Assembly (NCBI GenBank): GCA_012026655.1
Contig: JAAILG010000082.1
Coordinates: forward strand, 62,001 to 126,000
Length of the DNA stretch: 64,000 nt
From: Hydrolagus affinis
Lineage: Eukaryota
Direction: 5' to 3'
This document shows, in pieces, positions 39,626 through 52,650 of this stretch. The first letter of the stretch is position 1, and every line of letters begins with the position of its first letter. A model generated the notes under the pieces. The model had not been told where the DNA came from. It saw nothing but the letters and a program-made list of their open reading frames with translations, and did not search any database. The position numbers and the translations under genes are program-made.

Positions 39626-40570
39626 CTATTTGCAACGCAGACAAGATTTGGTTGGCAGCACGAACAACTACATAATACAAGATCTGCTTTTTTTAAAAAA
39701 AAAGCCTTAATGTTAACAAAGCGGGTTGAATTCACAACTTTTTGACCTTGTGTCAAGTTTGCTGTCAACTAAACCAAGCTGATATCCAATCATATCAGGT
39801 AGTATAATTGGTCCACTTTTCAATACCCATTATACTGCTAAATGTGCCTGCTGCTGGAAGACACCACTGAAACAGAATCACCAGGTTCTAGGTCACTATA
39901 ATGCGCATCGACTAATCCATTTTTCCACCCACACTCTGCCAGCGGTATTGAAAGCCTGAAATAGTATTTTTTTTAAAAATATTCTATATAATAAACCGCT
40001 TGAAGTTTTGACACCATCCTAACTATGCAATTGAATTCCCAGCTCTAACTCACTGCCACCCACCTATTGTTCCACATATAGTAACTCCAGGAGCACTAAC
40101 CAGTGTAAGACTGGGTGAGTCACCTCTCAATTTAACCCTGATCTTCTGTCAAATTATAGCAATGACACTTCCTTTTCCTGTCACAGCACACGTTGAACAA
40201 GAGTAACAGTGCTCTGGAAGGAACAAATTCAACAAGGCTAAGAAAAGGCAAAAAAAAAATTAAAATAGTACATCTTACATCATTTAATTGTTTGAGCTGT
40301 CATTCAACTCCCCCATTCCCTACAATTTAAAAAAAAATACTTTAATAAAAGATGTTCTATACTTGAGGACCCAAATATAACTTTCCACACCCTTAAGTGT
40401 GTTAAATGTCTTCAGTAAGGAGGTTTAACAATGCAAGGAACACAACAAAAGGTTTTCGGACTGTTATATACAGGTTCCCATTGCTCTTTCTCAAGCTATA
40501 GTTGCACTGGCTACCAATCCATTTATCCAGACACAGCTTCTACATGCTTATTAATAGATGGAACTTTCTG

Positions 40571-40631
40571 TTCAGTGCCTTGGGACATCCTCCCGACATG
40601 AAAGGCACTCTACAAATGTAATTTTGTTGTT
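40571..40631 (+). mobile_element. L2-type 3' tail mini-element
   Basis: ttcagtgccttgggacatcctcccgacatgaaaggcactctacaaatgtaattttgttgtt. Confidence 0.75.
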
Positions 40632-43191
40632 TCTTTCTTCTCCCCCTCCCTCCCCCCCGCCCCCCTTCAACGAAGCAAAACACCAACAAAATGTTCCCCA
40701 CTAAAAATTCCAGTGAGTTTTCCACAATATGCGTTAAAATATTACATAGAAAAGAGAAGAATAACCCTCAGGCATCAGACTGTACAGTGTTTCAGGACAG
40801 GGTGGAGTAGGGTGGCACAGGGTGCTGGCAGTCACCATGTTCAGGTAGGAGCTCTGATGGGGGAAGGTCAGCCACTTATACCAATAATGGTTGCAATCTT
40901 GGCCTCATCCGATATCCACACTTTTCAGTAGGAATCACTGGACTGCAATTAGGATGAAAACCTGTCCTCACCCTTGTAGTAAATCAGACGCATTCAGGAA
41001 TTTACCTCTCCACCTTACAAGGCACAAGAGAGAGGGGGATTTTTCTGATTTTTCTGTAATGATCTCCAGAGGAATTGCAGCATTCTCACAACACTGGTGC
41101 TGAGCATTCCTGGATAATGATCAGAAAGCAGACATAACTGCTGCATAATGGCATGAATTGCTCAGACACAGCTGCTGGTACTGCTGAAATATGGGGATTT
41201 CCTTGACAGTGGTAATAGATCTATACTTTCTGCACGGGTAATTTTAAGCCTGAAAATTGAAGTGATCCACAAAAAAAGTAATTAAATAGAATTAATGTGC
41301 TGTATATAAGAATTAAATGGATGCTGTATATTCCAAATCTGGACCCAGTGACACTTAAAGGTCATAACATAAGGAGAAATGACACAGAGTGCTGCATCAG
41401 AGGACATTTCAGAGCCCGAGTACAAAGAGAAGCGCTGTAATCCAAAACTTCAGAGACAAACTAATGTAAAAAAAAACAAAGAAAAAATACTGAAGAAAAA
41501 TCTGAAGAATCTTAAAAAGAATCTGAGCTTCACATCTAAGTCAACGCGCTTAATAATTCTTGACATGGCTGTCGACTGCCCACATTAGTCTCCGGATCTG
41601 GCTCTGCAGCTAACCATTGACACCATCGATTTATCTGTTGAGGTTTATGGTTAGTTCACTTTAAACCTTTTGCTGTAGCTTCTAACTCCCCAGGGTGCAA
41701 GCCGGCTGGTGATGCTTTTAATGCTTTCAATAAAAGAAGTGGAAGCATGTTAAATTTAACAGGAATGTCCTGTGTTGGAAAGGTGATCATTCCTATCGAG
41801 GGCGCAAATGGGCACTTTGGAACTCTAGTTTGCTGCTTCTGTTTTCTCTGTCATACACATCTGCTTGGGGCACATTGAAGATACCAGCGATGAGCTGGCC
41901 TTCAGATCTGCAACATGAAAAGGAATTGAGGAAGTACCAGTTAACATTACTGCAATTTTCATTTTTAATTCATGTGATGGAGAAGGCGACTTTCCGGCAA
42001 CATGAGTATAGAGGGCTACACATAGGGATCCGCCTCCACGCACTGAATAATATCTGTAAAGTGCTGTCATTTCATTCAAAGGCTCTGTATGCAGCCATAG
42101 TGACTATTGAGCGCTTGTGTACTAAATAACAAAGGCATTCCATTTATAGAAACAATTGAATAAATCAAAGTGATTCACAGTGATAGAGAGGAAAACAGCA
42201 TGGGTAATGTAGCTACAACATTCCCTTTCTTTTTCACACCAAGCGGGCCATCGATATACAATTCCATGTGATATTCCACAGTTTTTTTTAAAAATGAACT
42301 TTTAAAGACTGTCCTGTTCATTGCTGAAATTATATATATCGACAGGCCAGTCTGAGCATATTCATGCGAATGATTTAATAGTTTGAAAAAAAACACACCC
42401 TCATTTACAGCAAAACGTTTGAGACACTCAATGTGCAAAACAGACGGCTGAGAATAACGAGAACAGCAACAAAGAAAGGCTCTGATGAAGGGGACTGGGG
42501 GGAGGGGGGAGTGAAGGAGAGAGGCAGAGATCTCGCACTAGAACACAATTACAGCTTACAGTATTGATGACATCGGGTCAGGCAGTGGACCAGTGCAGTT
42601 CTGATCCCATGGGGAATGGAAGCGAGGTTATTGCATTATCTCTGGCGGGTAGAAGGCGCAAACAGCATTATCTGAAGCTCGTCTTGTCATTAGTCGGATC
42701 ACTGAGGCAAGATACCCACTAATAAACTTCCCCTATCTATAGAGCCCAGCTTAATTAGCACCTGCAAACTTGGATTTGCTTGGAGCCATGAGGTGCTAAT
42801 AGGGTGAACGATAAGGAAGAGGTTAGAAAGAGAGAAAAAAACATGGTAGCTGCCAATTGGGAAAATCTGGCACACTGCATGAAATTCAGCCTGTATAATA
42901 CAAACCAGAAGGTGTTAATTTAGCTGCTGAAATTTGGCAGTTGCGGATGTAGTTATTGCTTTTGTTTTCTTGATGAACGCAAGTGCAACCCTTCTGTTGG
43001 TTTGTGAGAAGAAAACTACAATTGTGCGTATTTTTTGTACCTAAAACATACTCATTAAACTCCGAGCCAAGAAGCAAACCTGATTGAAAGGGGCATTTGT
43101 TCCCATAGAGTTTAGATATTCAGGAAAAGAAATATATGCGTGTCAGAGGACAAAAGCTAAAAGTGCAAAGAATTAATTCAACATTTATCAT

Positions 43192-43497
43192 GGGGTCCTA
43201 TAGCTCAGTGGTTAGAGCAGTCGTCTTACAATCATGAGACCTGTGTTTAGAATCCAGGCAGGGTGAAACCTTGGGCAAGTTTCCTTACTCCACATGCCTG
43301 AGAATAATCTGTCAAAAAAAAAAACTATAATAAATTGGCCATTTCAATCCACGACTGTTTTTATGAGACACTGCAATCGGCTGCCATGTTTCAACAGCCA
43401 AACAGCAGTCAATACACTTTACACTATATTATGTGAAGCGTTTTGAGACATCAAGAAGATGTGAAAAGCGCTATATCAAATGCAAGGATTATTATTA
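43192..43497 (+). mobile_element. Full-length tRNA/Deu SINE with target-site duplication
   Basis: Complete element; TTATCATGG on both sides (43185-43193 and 43500-43508). Confidence 0.93.
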
Positions 43498-43756
43498 GAT
43501 TATCATGGAGTAAAACTCTGATCTAAAATATTAACAAAGATTTTCTCTTATAGAGTTGATTTCAAAGCCATTTTCCATTGCTGCATATGACAATGGTTTT
43601 GTGCATTGACAACATTTCACCTAATCAGTTATCACCTAAATCAGATTGAAGTTCAGGACCTGCAAGCTCAATACTAGTGAGACCAACTGTACAATTGCAT
43701 GTGTGCTGCGCAGAATCCTCCATCAATCTCATCACTTACACTTTAATTAAAGGACC

Positions 43757-44010
43757 AAAGTAGGGAAGTATTGCTGAGATCATATATAAAACTTGGTTTG
43801 ACCATATTTGGAGTACCGTATAGAGTTCTCGTCCATTTACTCCAGGAACGCTATTGGATCAAGAGTGTGCAGAGGAGATTTACAAGGACATTCCTACAGA
43901 TAAGTGGATAAAGCTACAGTATCAAGAAAGACCGGGTGGATTAAAGCTTTTCTCTCCGGAGACAAGATGATCAAGAAGGGACCTAACAGAGGTGTTTAAA
44001 GTTATGAATG
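43757..44010 (+). mobile_element. CR1-clade LINE reverse-transcriptase C-terminal remnant
   Basis: Degenerate ttggagtac..gtgcagaggagatttacaagg..gggacctaacagaggtgtttaaagttatg, matching the CR1 LEY..VQRRFTR..RGDLIEVFK motifs; frameshifted. Confidence 0.75.
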
Positions 44011-44569
44011 TTGAATATCGGGGTGGGGGTGAACTCAGAAACGGTGAAAAGTGCTTAGAGTAGCTTCGCCTTCGCAGGTGCAGGCTGGGTTGGGCACAAA
44101 CATTTCTCACCTTCAGAATACTTAGGACAGGGCAACGGTTCAGAAATGCTGGATCTCAATCCTACCAAAACAGACCTGCGGGGATCAGATAACTGCATCT
44201 CCACAATAACTGACGTTCAAACCTCCTCTTACACTGCACGACAGGAGATCAGACCAGCGCCTCGGGATGTGAAAGCCGCTATGCAAATTTAATTTTGTAT
44301 TGTACCGGGTTGATAATCTCCACCAGGAGATTTGAGTTACTTGTTCCCCAGGACAACCAGCCACATCAGTAGAGTTGAGACTTTACAATCCAGCAATGCC
44401 AGGCACCAGAGTGATCATTACATTACCGATGTGGCAATCTCTATGGAATGAAGCACTGCACTGTCTCAATCTTTAGAGCTAACTTCAGAGCATAAAAACA
44501 AGTCACTGCATGGGATAAACAGGATATAATAGTCATAATAATAATGATACATAGTAATATTTAGATATG

Positions 44570-44715
44570 AAGTAGCATTTCATCACGTTGTTGAGACTTA
44601 AAGTTGCATCACAGGATTTTAATGTGAAGCAGTGTGGCTATGTATTTGTGGACAAATGTGGCAGCCGATTTGCACACAGCAATGTTCCCACAAATAGCCG
44701 TGAAACAAGTGACTA
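44570..44715 (-). mobile_element. Deu-SINE 3' fragment
   Basis: gtggcagccgatttgcacacagcaatgttcccacaaa core. Confidence 0.7.
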
Positions 44716-45205
44716 ATTGCAATACAAAGCGTTGCCGATACACCGGAGAATTGAACTGCACCACAGGTGCTTGATATTTGTTCAGATTATAATTGTGACG
44801 TACAGTTTCACCATTCTCTTGTAAACGCTGCAAGTCAGTGGCCGCCTCGCCATTCGAAGTGAAGATGCAACGAGCCAATAAAGATGCCATACCAGCAGTG
44901 CACAAGAGTGAATCACCTTCATCACCAACGCAAAAGGCTTCGCACTGAAACATTCCCCCAGTCCCCTCCACCAAGCTCGGTTTCTATTATTATTCCAATA
45001 ATAAATCATACCATTCATCGGTTCATAAATCCAGACGCAAATAAATCCAACAACAGCTGAATGCTGTCACGCTCACCACTAACATGCCCCACTCCCTAGC
45101 ACAAGGTGACATTTCCTATTCTGGAAAGAATCAGCTGGTCCAAATGATTTTTTTTTTAAAAAACTGCATGTTTTATTTCAGAATACTGTGAAACCAGAAA
45201 AAAAT

Positions 45206-45232
45206 TGTGTGTGTGTGTGTGTGTGTATGTGT
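45206..45232 (+). repeat. (TG)n microsatellite
   Basis: Seen directly. Confidence 0.95.
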
Positions 45233-45897
45233 TTGGGGGATGCTGGGGGAAGTACCACTGCTCATACATTTCATGACTATAATTATATAGTGTTTAGTTC
45301 CCTTGAGTGATCACATTTCCTGCACTGTTGCTCTTTCTATAAAGGTACCCTCGCAATAAGTGCTAAAATTGACAAACTAAAATACAGGATAACACTTCCA
45401 GCCAGTGTACTACACTAAGGCAGTAACTGATTTAGGAAAGGGGGTAGGGGGGCGGGGTGGGGCTGGGGGAAGAGGGAGAGGGATAATGTGTGTTGCTCAC
45501 GGTATCTCAGCCACAGTTGAGGTAGTACATTAGAAGGCACTTCTGCTTTGTATAATGTAAAGAGCAAAGGCTCTCTCATCATATTTTGCTTTGCCAAGAA
45601 GGGCTGGATCCCAGACAGACATTGACCAACAACACACTTCCACAAACATATGGCTGGACTTGACAAGTTGATTTGATCATTCTGCAGCACCAAATTAGAA
45701 AGCCAGGAGGACCGTGATTCTTTGCTTCAATGTGAAATTCATCGAGACAGGCACCACAGGGTTCCTTTAACTGATTTTAATTGAATATAGAACAGGTTTA
45801 TAGCAGAGGAACTACCCATAGTATCTTATCTTCCCCCCACCCTCCTCCACCTTCCCCGATCTCAATCCCCGACTCGGATCCGAAACATTAATTCTCC

Positions 45898-45945
45898 ACC
45901 ACTTTGGGATGTCCTCCCAGCGTGAAAGGCGCTTATACAAATGTA
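45898..45945 (+). mobile_element. L2-type tail mini-element interrupted by a SINE
   Basis: actttgggatgtcctcccagcgtgaaaggcgcttatacaaatgtaat; the tail resumes as taatgttgttgt at about 46251. Confidence 0.7.
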
Positions 45946-46248
45946 ATAATAATCATAATCTTTGCATTTAATATGGCTCTTTTCACGTCTTCTACATGTC
46001 TCACTGCGCTTCATAGAATATACTGTAAAGTGGATTGACTGTATATTTGTGGGCGAAACTCAGCAGCAAATTGCGCACAGCAGTGTCCCAGAAACAGTCG
46101 GCGATTGAAGTTATTGTTTGTTTTTGTGCAGGATTATCATCAGGCATGCGGAGTAAGGAAACTTACCCAAGGTTACACCCTACCTGGAATCAATCCCAGG
46201 TCTCTCGCTTGCGAGGCGAGTGCTCTAACCACTGAGCTACAGGATGCC
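45944..46248 (-). mobile_element. Full-length tRNA/Deu SINE
   Basis: Complete head, core and tail. Confidence 0.92.
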
Positions 46249-47514
46249 ACTAATGTTGTTGTATAAGTTCATGAAGCAAAGAGCTAATCAGAGGGAGTGT
46301 TTCAGACCCACAGCCTGGTCTAACTCTGGGAGTTCCCAGTTTAGTGCACCCCTATCACAGCCTTGGAGTGTCAGCAAGGACTATACGAGCTCCAAAGGCC
46401 CAGAGTGTGGGACTTGAACTCAATCGGCCGTGGGACCATCAAAGTGGTGCTTAATAGAACTGGGGGCGGTGGTGGGGGGGAATAAAACAGGTGGCATTTA
46501 GTAGAAAAGGTGACTCTCTACTTTCTTTGTGACTCCGGTGTGCATGACTAGAGGGCAGATGAAGATGTGCAGAAATATTTGCACTCTCATCACCGAGTGA
46601 CCTCTATAAAATCAATTTGTTCTGGCACGAGATTAATGGAAGAATGGAAGAATTAATGAACCACGCAGGAGTACACAGTTGTGAGGGATCACATGATCGG
46701 CATGACATCTCCTAACACAGGAGTGCAGCCAGTGATCACAACAGCTACTCACAGTCCGTAAATAAATACTTTGGTCGCTGGATTCATGCTTTCGCGTCTT
46801 AGTCATTTTTCATTCAGTTCTCCCAATACCAAGCATGATCATTAAAGGCTCATTATGTGATTAGACAGGACATGGTCTTGCATTGATGGTTTGTCCTTTT
46901 TGGTCTCACCTTATTCATTATTCATTTCACAGCGAACTGTATCCAACACCGCAGGCAATCCAGTGTTAGGTGTGCCAAGCCTCATTGACAATTGGGCACT
47001 GCTTAACAATAGTCCAAACTCACTACAAATTGTCTAAAGCATGCCAATATCTTTGCGAGGGGGTAATGTATAAATCCAGCTACTTTCTCCCCAGACTACA
47101 CATCCATTTAGGCTAACAGAGCACCTTCCAAGCGGGTAATGGTGCCCAGGGCTGGTTGCTAGAAGGGATGGGACAGCAGCGGTTTCCCCTTGTGGTACAG
47201 ACCAGCAGCAATCCATCCCTTGAGGGTTAAATCTATGATCGTTCATCCTCACGGTATGATACCTGATCCCCCGATGCACTGCCCTAATCCCACTGAACTG
47301 AAGCTCATCTTCTGATCTTAAGAATCCTATTTTCTAAAGTAAATTCTAAATCATCGCCTCATTGCAAAACCTCACAGATACAGCTTGTAACTGCTGACTC
47401 TATAGCATCTCAATACAGAAGCGCATTATGGTGGGGTGAGGAAAACGTTAAACCTGGAGTCTGGGATACCTTGCACCCTTGAGTTTTATGAACACTCCTT
47501 GCTGAAACCTATCT

Positions 47515-47650
47515 CGATGTTGGACTGTGTTCGAATCCAGCCATGAGTGATGCGATGATTTTCACACACTGTCTGTTTGTTGAAACTGAGATTGGGATAC
47601 CTTGCAGGAAACTACAGCACAGAACTGCCACTAATTCAGCACAAAATTAA
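47515..47650 (+). mobile_element. Possible LF-SINE-like ancient SINE fragment
   Basis: B-box-like gttcgaatccagcc and aactgccactaattcagcac resemble LF-SINE as I recall it; not aligned. Confidence 0.35.
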
Positions 47651-48892
47651 TGTATAATGGGTTTCCTTTATCTGATCTGGAAAACTGAACTGTAGTGGGA
47701 TATTCATTTAGGATTGTAGCAGATTGGTGAGAGCTTTACTCTTATCTAATCTGACCTGTGTCTGTTGTGAATACCGGACCCCCAAATTGACAAACCTTTG
47801 TGAGCCCGGAAGACGCAGTATTCCTCACCTGAATGAGGGCAGGAAAAAAAACAAAATTCGGCAAGAGCATAGTTTCCCCCAAATCCTGCAATCCTCTGGG
47901 AATACAGTAACTCAAGGTCATGGTGCATGTTATCCTGTACAGTTTGAAGGGAGCTTATTTTAAAACCATCCTAAAAACCTAGCTCTGCCTGTGTCTTGCG
48001 CCTGCATCCTCAATCCCACCTTGGTGATCCGTTTAGTCCTCGCAAAGCACTTTGATAAGTTGTTATCCAACTTGGAACCCGAGGAAAACACACGTTGCTG
48101 TTGAAGAGTGGAGTGGGGGTTGGGGGCGGGATGGGGATCGCGGACTGGTATTCGCACTGGACGCAGCTTTGCTTCATTCATTAGAAGGGTGAAGGATCCA
48201 TCTGCTGTTGTTCCCCAGGTACCTTCAAAACAAACTGCTTTCAGAGCTTCAGTGTGACCTGGGTGAGAGAACTTGAAACTGTACAGCACGTGGGCAGAGT
48301 CGCTGCGCCCAAAATGATCCTTCAGCGTAATGACAGCTGGCAGCACAGCCCACCTTTTCACATTGTACAAGTTAACAAGGTTAAGCATATGATTCATCTA
48401 ATCATGGATAACCTTTGTAAGTATGCTTCTTTGCAATGGGAGTGGGGGGGGGGGGGTTGTGGGGGGAATTAAATTCAGCCTGTAGTACTTGTCATTCTAA
48501 CGACACAGATTTCTTCTGGTACATTTCAGCAGGTCAGTGACAACTGTAGCTGAGTCATAATTTTTAGATACAACAAATTGATGGATAGCGGCTTTTCCTC
48601 CTCCCTGCCCACCCACAAACTGTGACTTAACCTGCTCCATGGGCCTATGCCCTAGCTCTCCCACTGCTGTGTGAAATTTAGATATACAAACAGCCCAAAG
48701 AGAGGACAGCACTTGCTCAAAGCCATGAATATATGTGAAGGTGACGGGAACTACACTACCAGTCAACGTACAGCTCAGAATGGATGTATTGGTATGTCAT
48801 CTGATGGACAGTTTAAGGAGGTTTCGGTGAAGCAAAGTTATTGGACCAACAGAAGGTCAAATCTAGATGGACTCAAACTGTTTTTGATGCTC

Positions 48893-48914
48893 TGTGTGTG
48901 TGTGTGTGTGTGTG
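48893..48914 (+). repeat. (TG)n microsatellite
   Basis: Seen directly. Confidence 0.95.
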
Positions 48915-50587
48915 TTTTATCCTATCCACTGCTTTCTGCTTACCAATAAACTCAGTTTATTGAACCATGAAGGTCCAGCCTAGGGCACTGCTTTAAAGGG
49001 TCATTGTCATTATGAGCATCAGACACATTATAAAGTACAGGATAGGGCACTAAACGACAGTACAATATCACTGTCACCTCACAGGCTGAGTCTGCCAATA
49101 TATATGAATCATTTTGAATCCGTTTAAATTGAAACAAAAAATGTGTATTAAACATAACACAGTTGGGTGATAAAATACAGTCACTACGCTCATCGTAAAT
49201 CCTGTAGAGTACATCGAGAGATAAGATGCAATATCAAACGTAAGGATTTAAGGAGGTGAGGTGAGTAGAAAGGAAAAATGAACAATACTGAAGCAACCAT
49301 AAGTATCAATGATAAACAGGAAGCTGACAACAATCCAAATGGTCCTTACAATGAAAAGAGCAGCATTCGTTAATCGTGGCTCCTATGTTAACTATGTGAA
49401 CCATCCAATCCTAATAGACTGATCTGGAAAGGCACAGAATGTGTTGCAGCAATGCTGCTTTCTATATTTAAACAGTGCGGTCGTACACCAGCTGTACCAG
49501 AGCGAACCATAAAACCTCTGCAAGTCTGCTGGGTGTGAATTCATCACTGGCTGGAAGAAATGAGAGCAGTTTATGGCTTTCTCCTTGGCTGCTTTTTGTT
49601 CATTTTCCTTTTTACTTGTAATGCAACACACAAGGGGAACAAACAACACCATTCGCCCAGTGCAATGGAGCCCCCGGGGTGCTCTGCGACTTGCATTACC
49701 AGGTACCAGTTGATGGCTATCATAACAAGGTATTCATTCAGTATGCGTCTCCCTTTACCGGGAGACTGAATCAAAAAGGCCTGTCCTGCACAGATGTGTA
49801 GGAGCCAGTTACACTTTCATATGCATGACACATCACAGTGGTACTGTCCCCGATCAAAGGCAATGTATAAAAGTGTCATTATTTACATGGATCGAAACAT
49901 GAAGCAAGGTTACTGGCATCAAATGTTTTAAAACATGGCTCGGTCCCAAGGTACTGCTGACATTCACTATCCAATTAACATTTACAAGCAAAACAAGCTT
50001 CATCAGTCTACCAGAAATCCAAATGGAGGCTGGGAAATATCCTTGCAGGAAAGGAAGGTTGTCATCGAGATGGCTTTGGTTTCACAAAGAAAAAAAGGAC
50101 CAAAAAAACCCACCAAAGAAGATGTGTGCTTAGTAGGGGGTCATTGGGAAGAGGGGAAAGTGAAAGACTGTGGAGGAATATTCCCTCCCTGTGCTGGTTA
50201 TGAATGAAAAGGAAAATTGTAGCCAAAGTAATTCAGATAAACTAACGATGATGAAATTCATAATGTTTAGACTGTGACTGCCACTGGCGGTGAACTCCCC
50301 ACTTCGTCTGAGCCAGCCAGTCAGTGAGAGTAACAAAACAAAATCTTAATTGTGGCCGCTGCGAATATTTCTCTTCTACACTCCAGAAACGGAACAGAAC
50401 TCAATTGGCTGGCTCCCTCTGCCAGCCGTGCCACAGAACACATTCAACGCAGAGAGATCTGCCGAGTGGCACAGCTTTCCAAACCCAAGCCTGGAATTTA
50501 AAAGAACGGGTGAATCTATAGAAATGTCGCACTCTGTCAAAGGTAACTGAGCTTTGACTCAACTCCAAGAAGCAAACTCACATTGGA

Positions 50588-50685
50588 TAATACTAGTCCT
50601 TGCATTTGATCTAGCGCCTTATCACATCTTTGAGACATATTAAAACACTTCACGGAATATAGTGGAAAGGGAAGTGACTGTACAT
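50588..50685 (-). mobile_element. SINE tail fragment
   Basis: tccttgcatttgatctagcgccttatcacatc..cttcacggaatat. Confidence 0.8.
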
Positions 50686-52074
50686 TGAATGTATGAAACG
50701 ATCCCTTGATAATACATGGCTTCTTCAATCCCCATCCTTCCCCCTCAAATAAACATCCCAAATCTATACTATCTATTACATCAGTTCTAAGATCTCCGTC
50801 CAGCAACCATACCTGGAAAGTGCAACTGTGTGAATGTTGGATAGAAACAGGATTAAGCTTGGCTGCAAAGGGTTGCTGTTGATGAACCGGCTGCTAACAA
50901 TGACTCTGAACCTCCCATGTGCGTTGCAATCTTTTTATCACTTGGAACTTCCAATTCCCAACAAATAGTGAATAAATAGTTGCAATACTTCAGCCCCATG
51001 GACATCCTCTTCCCTTGCCCTCCCAACCACTAAACCCCATGTCAAGCGCGTGGCGAGACGATGACTGGTGTAAATAATGCAAGTTGTTATTGTCATGCTC
51101 ACAATGAATACTTGAGTAAGCTGCTAGTTTACCCAGGGTAACTGCAACCTTCAGACAAAGAGGGGAGCAAACTGCTGTACATTGGATTTCTCAGGATACA
51201 GTGTCATCTTGAAATGCTGTAGTGTCGTACTGGTATGAGACAATCTATTTAGACAGTCTTGCTGGAGGCAGACCAGCTAAATTAAAGTGCAAATCAGCTG
51301 CTCGAAGCTTCGAGTTTTTGTGCCAAACTCACGATGTTACAAAGGAATCAAACACATCCACAGATCTGAAACATGCAACTCACTACACTCTCTCTTCAAT
51401 TCACTTGATAGATCTTTTTCGCTTTCAGGTCTGATCGACAAGGATTCTGAAAAAGTTACAGGTACTTTGAAAGCACTTCATGATTTGGATTTCCATATGT
51501 ATTCAATCATGAATGGAGAAAAAAAAAACTTTTTTGTATTGCAGTTGATTTGGACTCTATGTTACGCTCCACTGCACTGCAATCATTGCCTTCGGTGTTC
51601 TTCCTTCTGAAGGGCGACACTTTATTCCGAAGCTTGGCTACCGGCTTTGTGCCGTAATGTATTTTTCTCCCCAGTGATTTGGGACGGCAATGAAAGTGGA
51701 TTAAACTGAATAAAATAAAAGCTGAAAAAAAACTCGGTCCTCCTCAACCTGACGCTTACGACAGAAAGCAAATCATTCTGCAGATCAGGCACAGGATCCC
51801 ATTGGGGGAAGAATTCATAATAAACTCTTCAAGCTTTTTAACGTCTGAGATGCTGCTACAGTTTTGCAAAACACAGCGTGACAGGAAAAAAGTGCAAGCT
51901 TCAAGGCAAGAATTGAATGACTTTTAAAGGCTTGGAATGTTTTAAGTTGTAAACATGTTGGCTTTGTACCAAACTACTCCTTTGGTTCTTTACCCAACAA
52001 ATGCAGAGATTCCCTCTTCAACTCAGTAAACTAGCTGAGAAAATCAATGAACGACCAGATTTTTCTTAACAAAA

Positions 52075-52216
52075 CTGTGCGCTGTGAGCAATTGGCCGCC
52101 ATGTTTCGCCCACAAAATATACAGTCAAGCCACTTTACAATCCATTTCATGAAGCGCTTTGAAACGTCTCAATGACATGATGAGGCGCTATATCAAAGGC
52201 AAGGATTTTTATCATT
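52075..52216 (+). mobile_element. 5'-truncated SINE
   Basis: gctgtgagcaattggccgcc..gaagcgctttgaaacgtctcaatgacatgatgaggcgctatatcaa. Confidence 0.85.
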
Positions 52217-52509
52217 ACACGCATACCACCTTCCTCTGAATCGTCAAGTGAAGCAATGGGAATGTCTGTGCAAGAAATGAGTTGTATTAAACAGATTTGT
52301 TTTACAAGAGAAATGTTTTAGATTAAAAATGCATGAATTCAATTTTGCTCCAGTCAAGGGAAATGGATTCTATACTTAAAACAGTTTAGGCTTTGTGCTT
52401 AATATACTGTGATGGTTCCATTCTTACAATGCAATGATTGATCGGGAGGAGTTAATCAGGGCCTTTATTGGAACAGCGCGTGCAGTTGTTCAGAAAATGT
52501 TGTCCGCAG

Positions 52510-52563
52510 TTTTACTCCTCCCAAGTCCTCCCATATTTTACTCCTCCCGAGTCCTCCTATTTT
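52510..52563 (+). repeat. Tandem duplication, ~26-bp unit
   Basis: ttttactcctcccaagtcctcccata then ttttactcctcccgagtcctcctatt. Confidence 0.8.
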
Positions 52564-52589
52564 ATGATCACAAGTTCTCTGTAACTCGC

Positions 52590-52650
52590 TCAACAACAAC
52601 TTGCATTTATATGGTACCCTTCATGTGGGGTGGCAGGTCAGAGCGCTGAA
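52590..52650 (-). mobile_element. L2-type tail mini-element (diverged)
   Basis: caacaacaacttgcatttatatggtacccttcatgt..agagcgctgaa. Confidence 0.6.

Noticed and set aside
44782-45018. ORF containing LVMKV, resembling the end of BRSK2 exon 2 (SVLMK|V)
   Set aside because: The upstream residues do not match GLVKLGVHC...VAIKIVNREKLSES; coincidental.
47960-48397. Longest ORF (145 aa, minus strand) as a nested gene or exon
   Set aside because: No recognisable domain or convincing exon boundaries; explained by locally higher GC.
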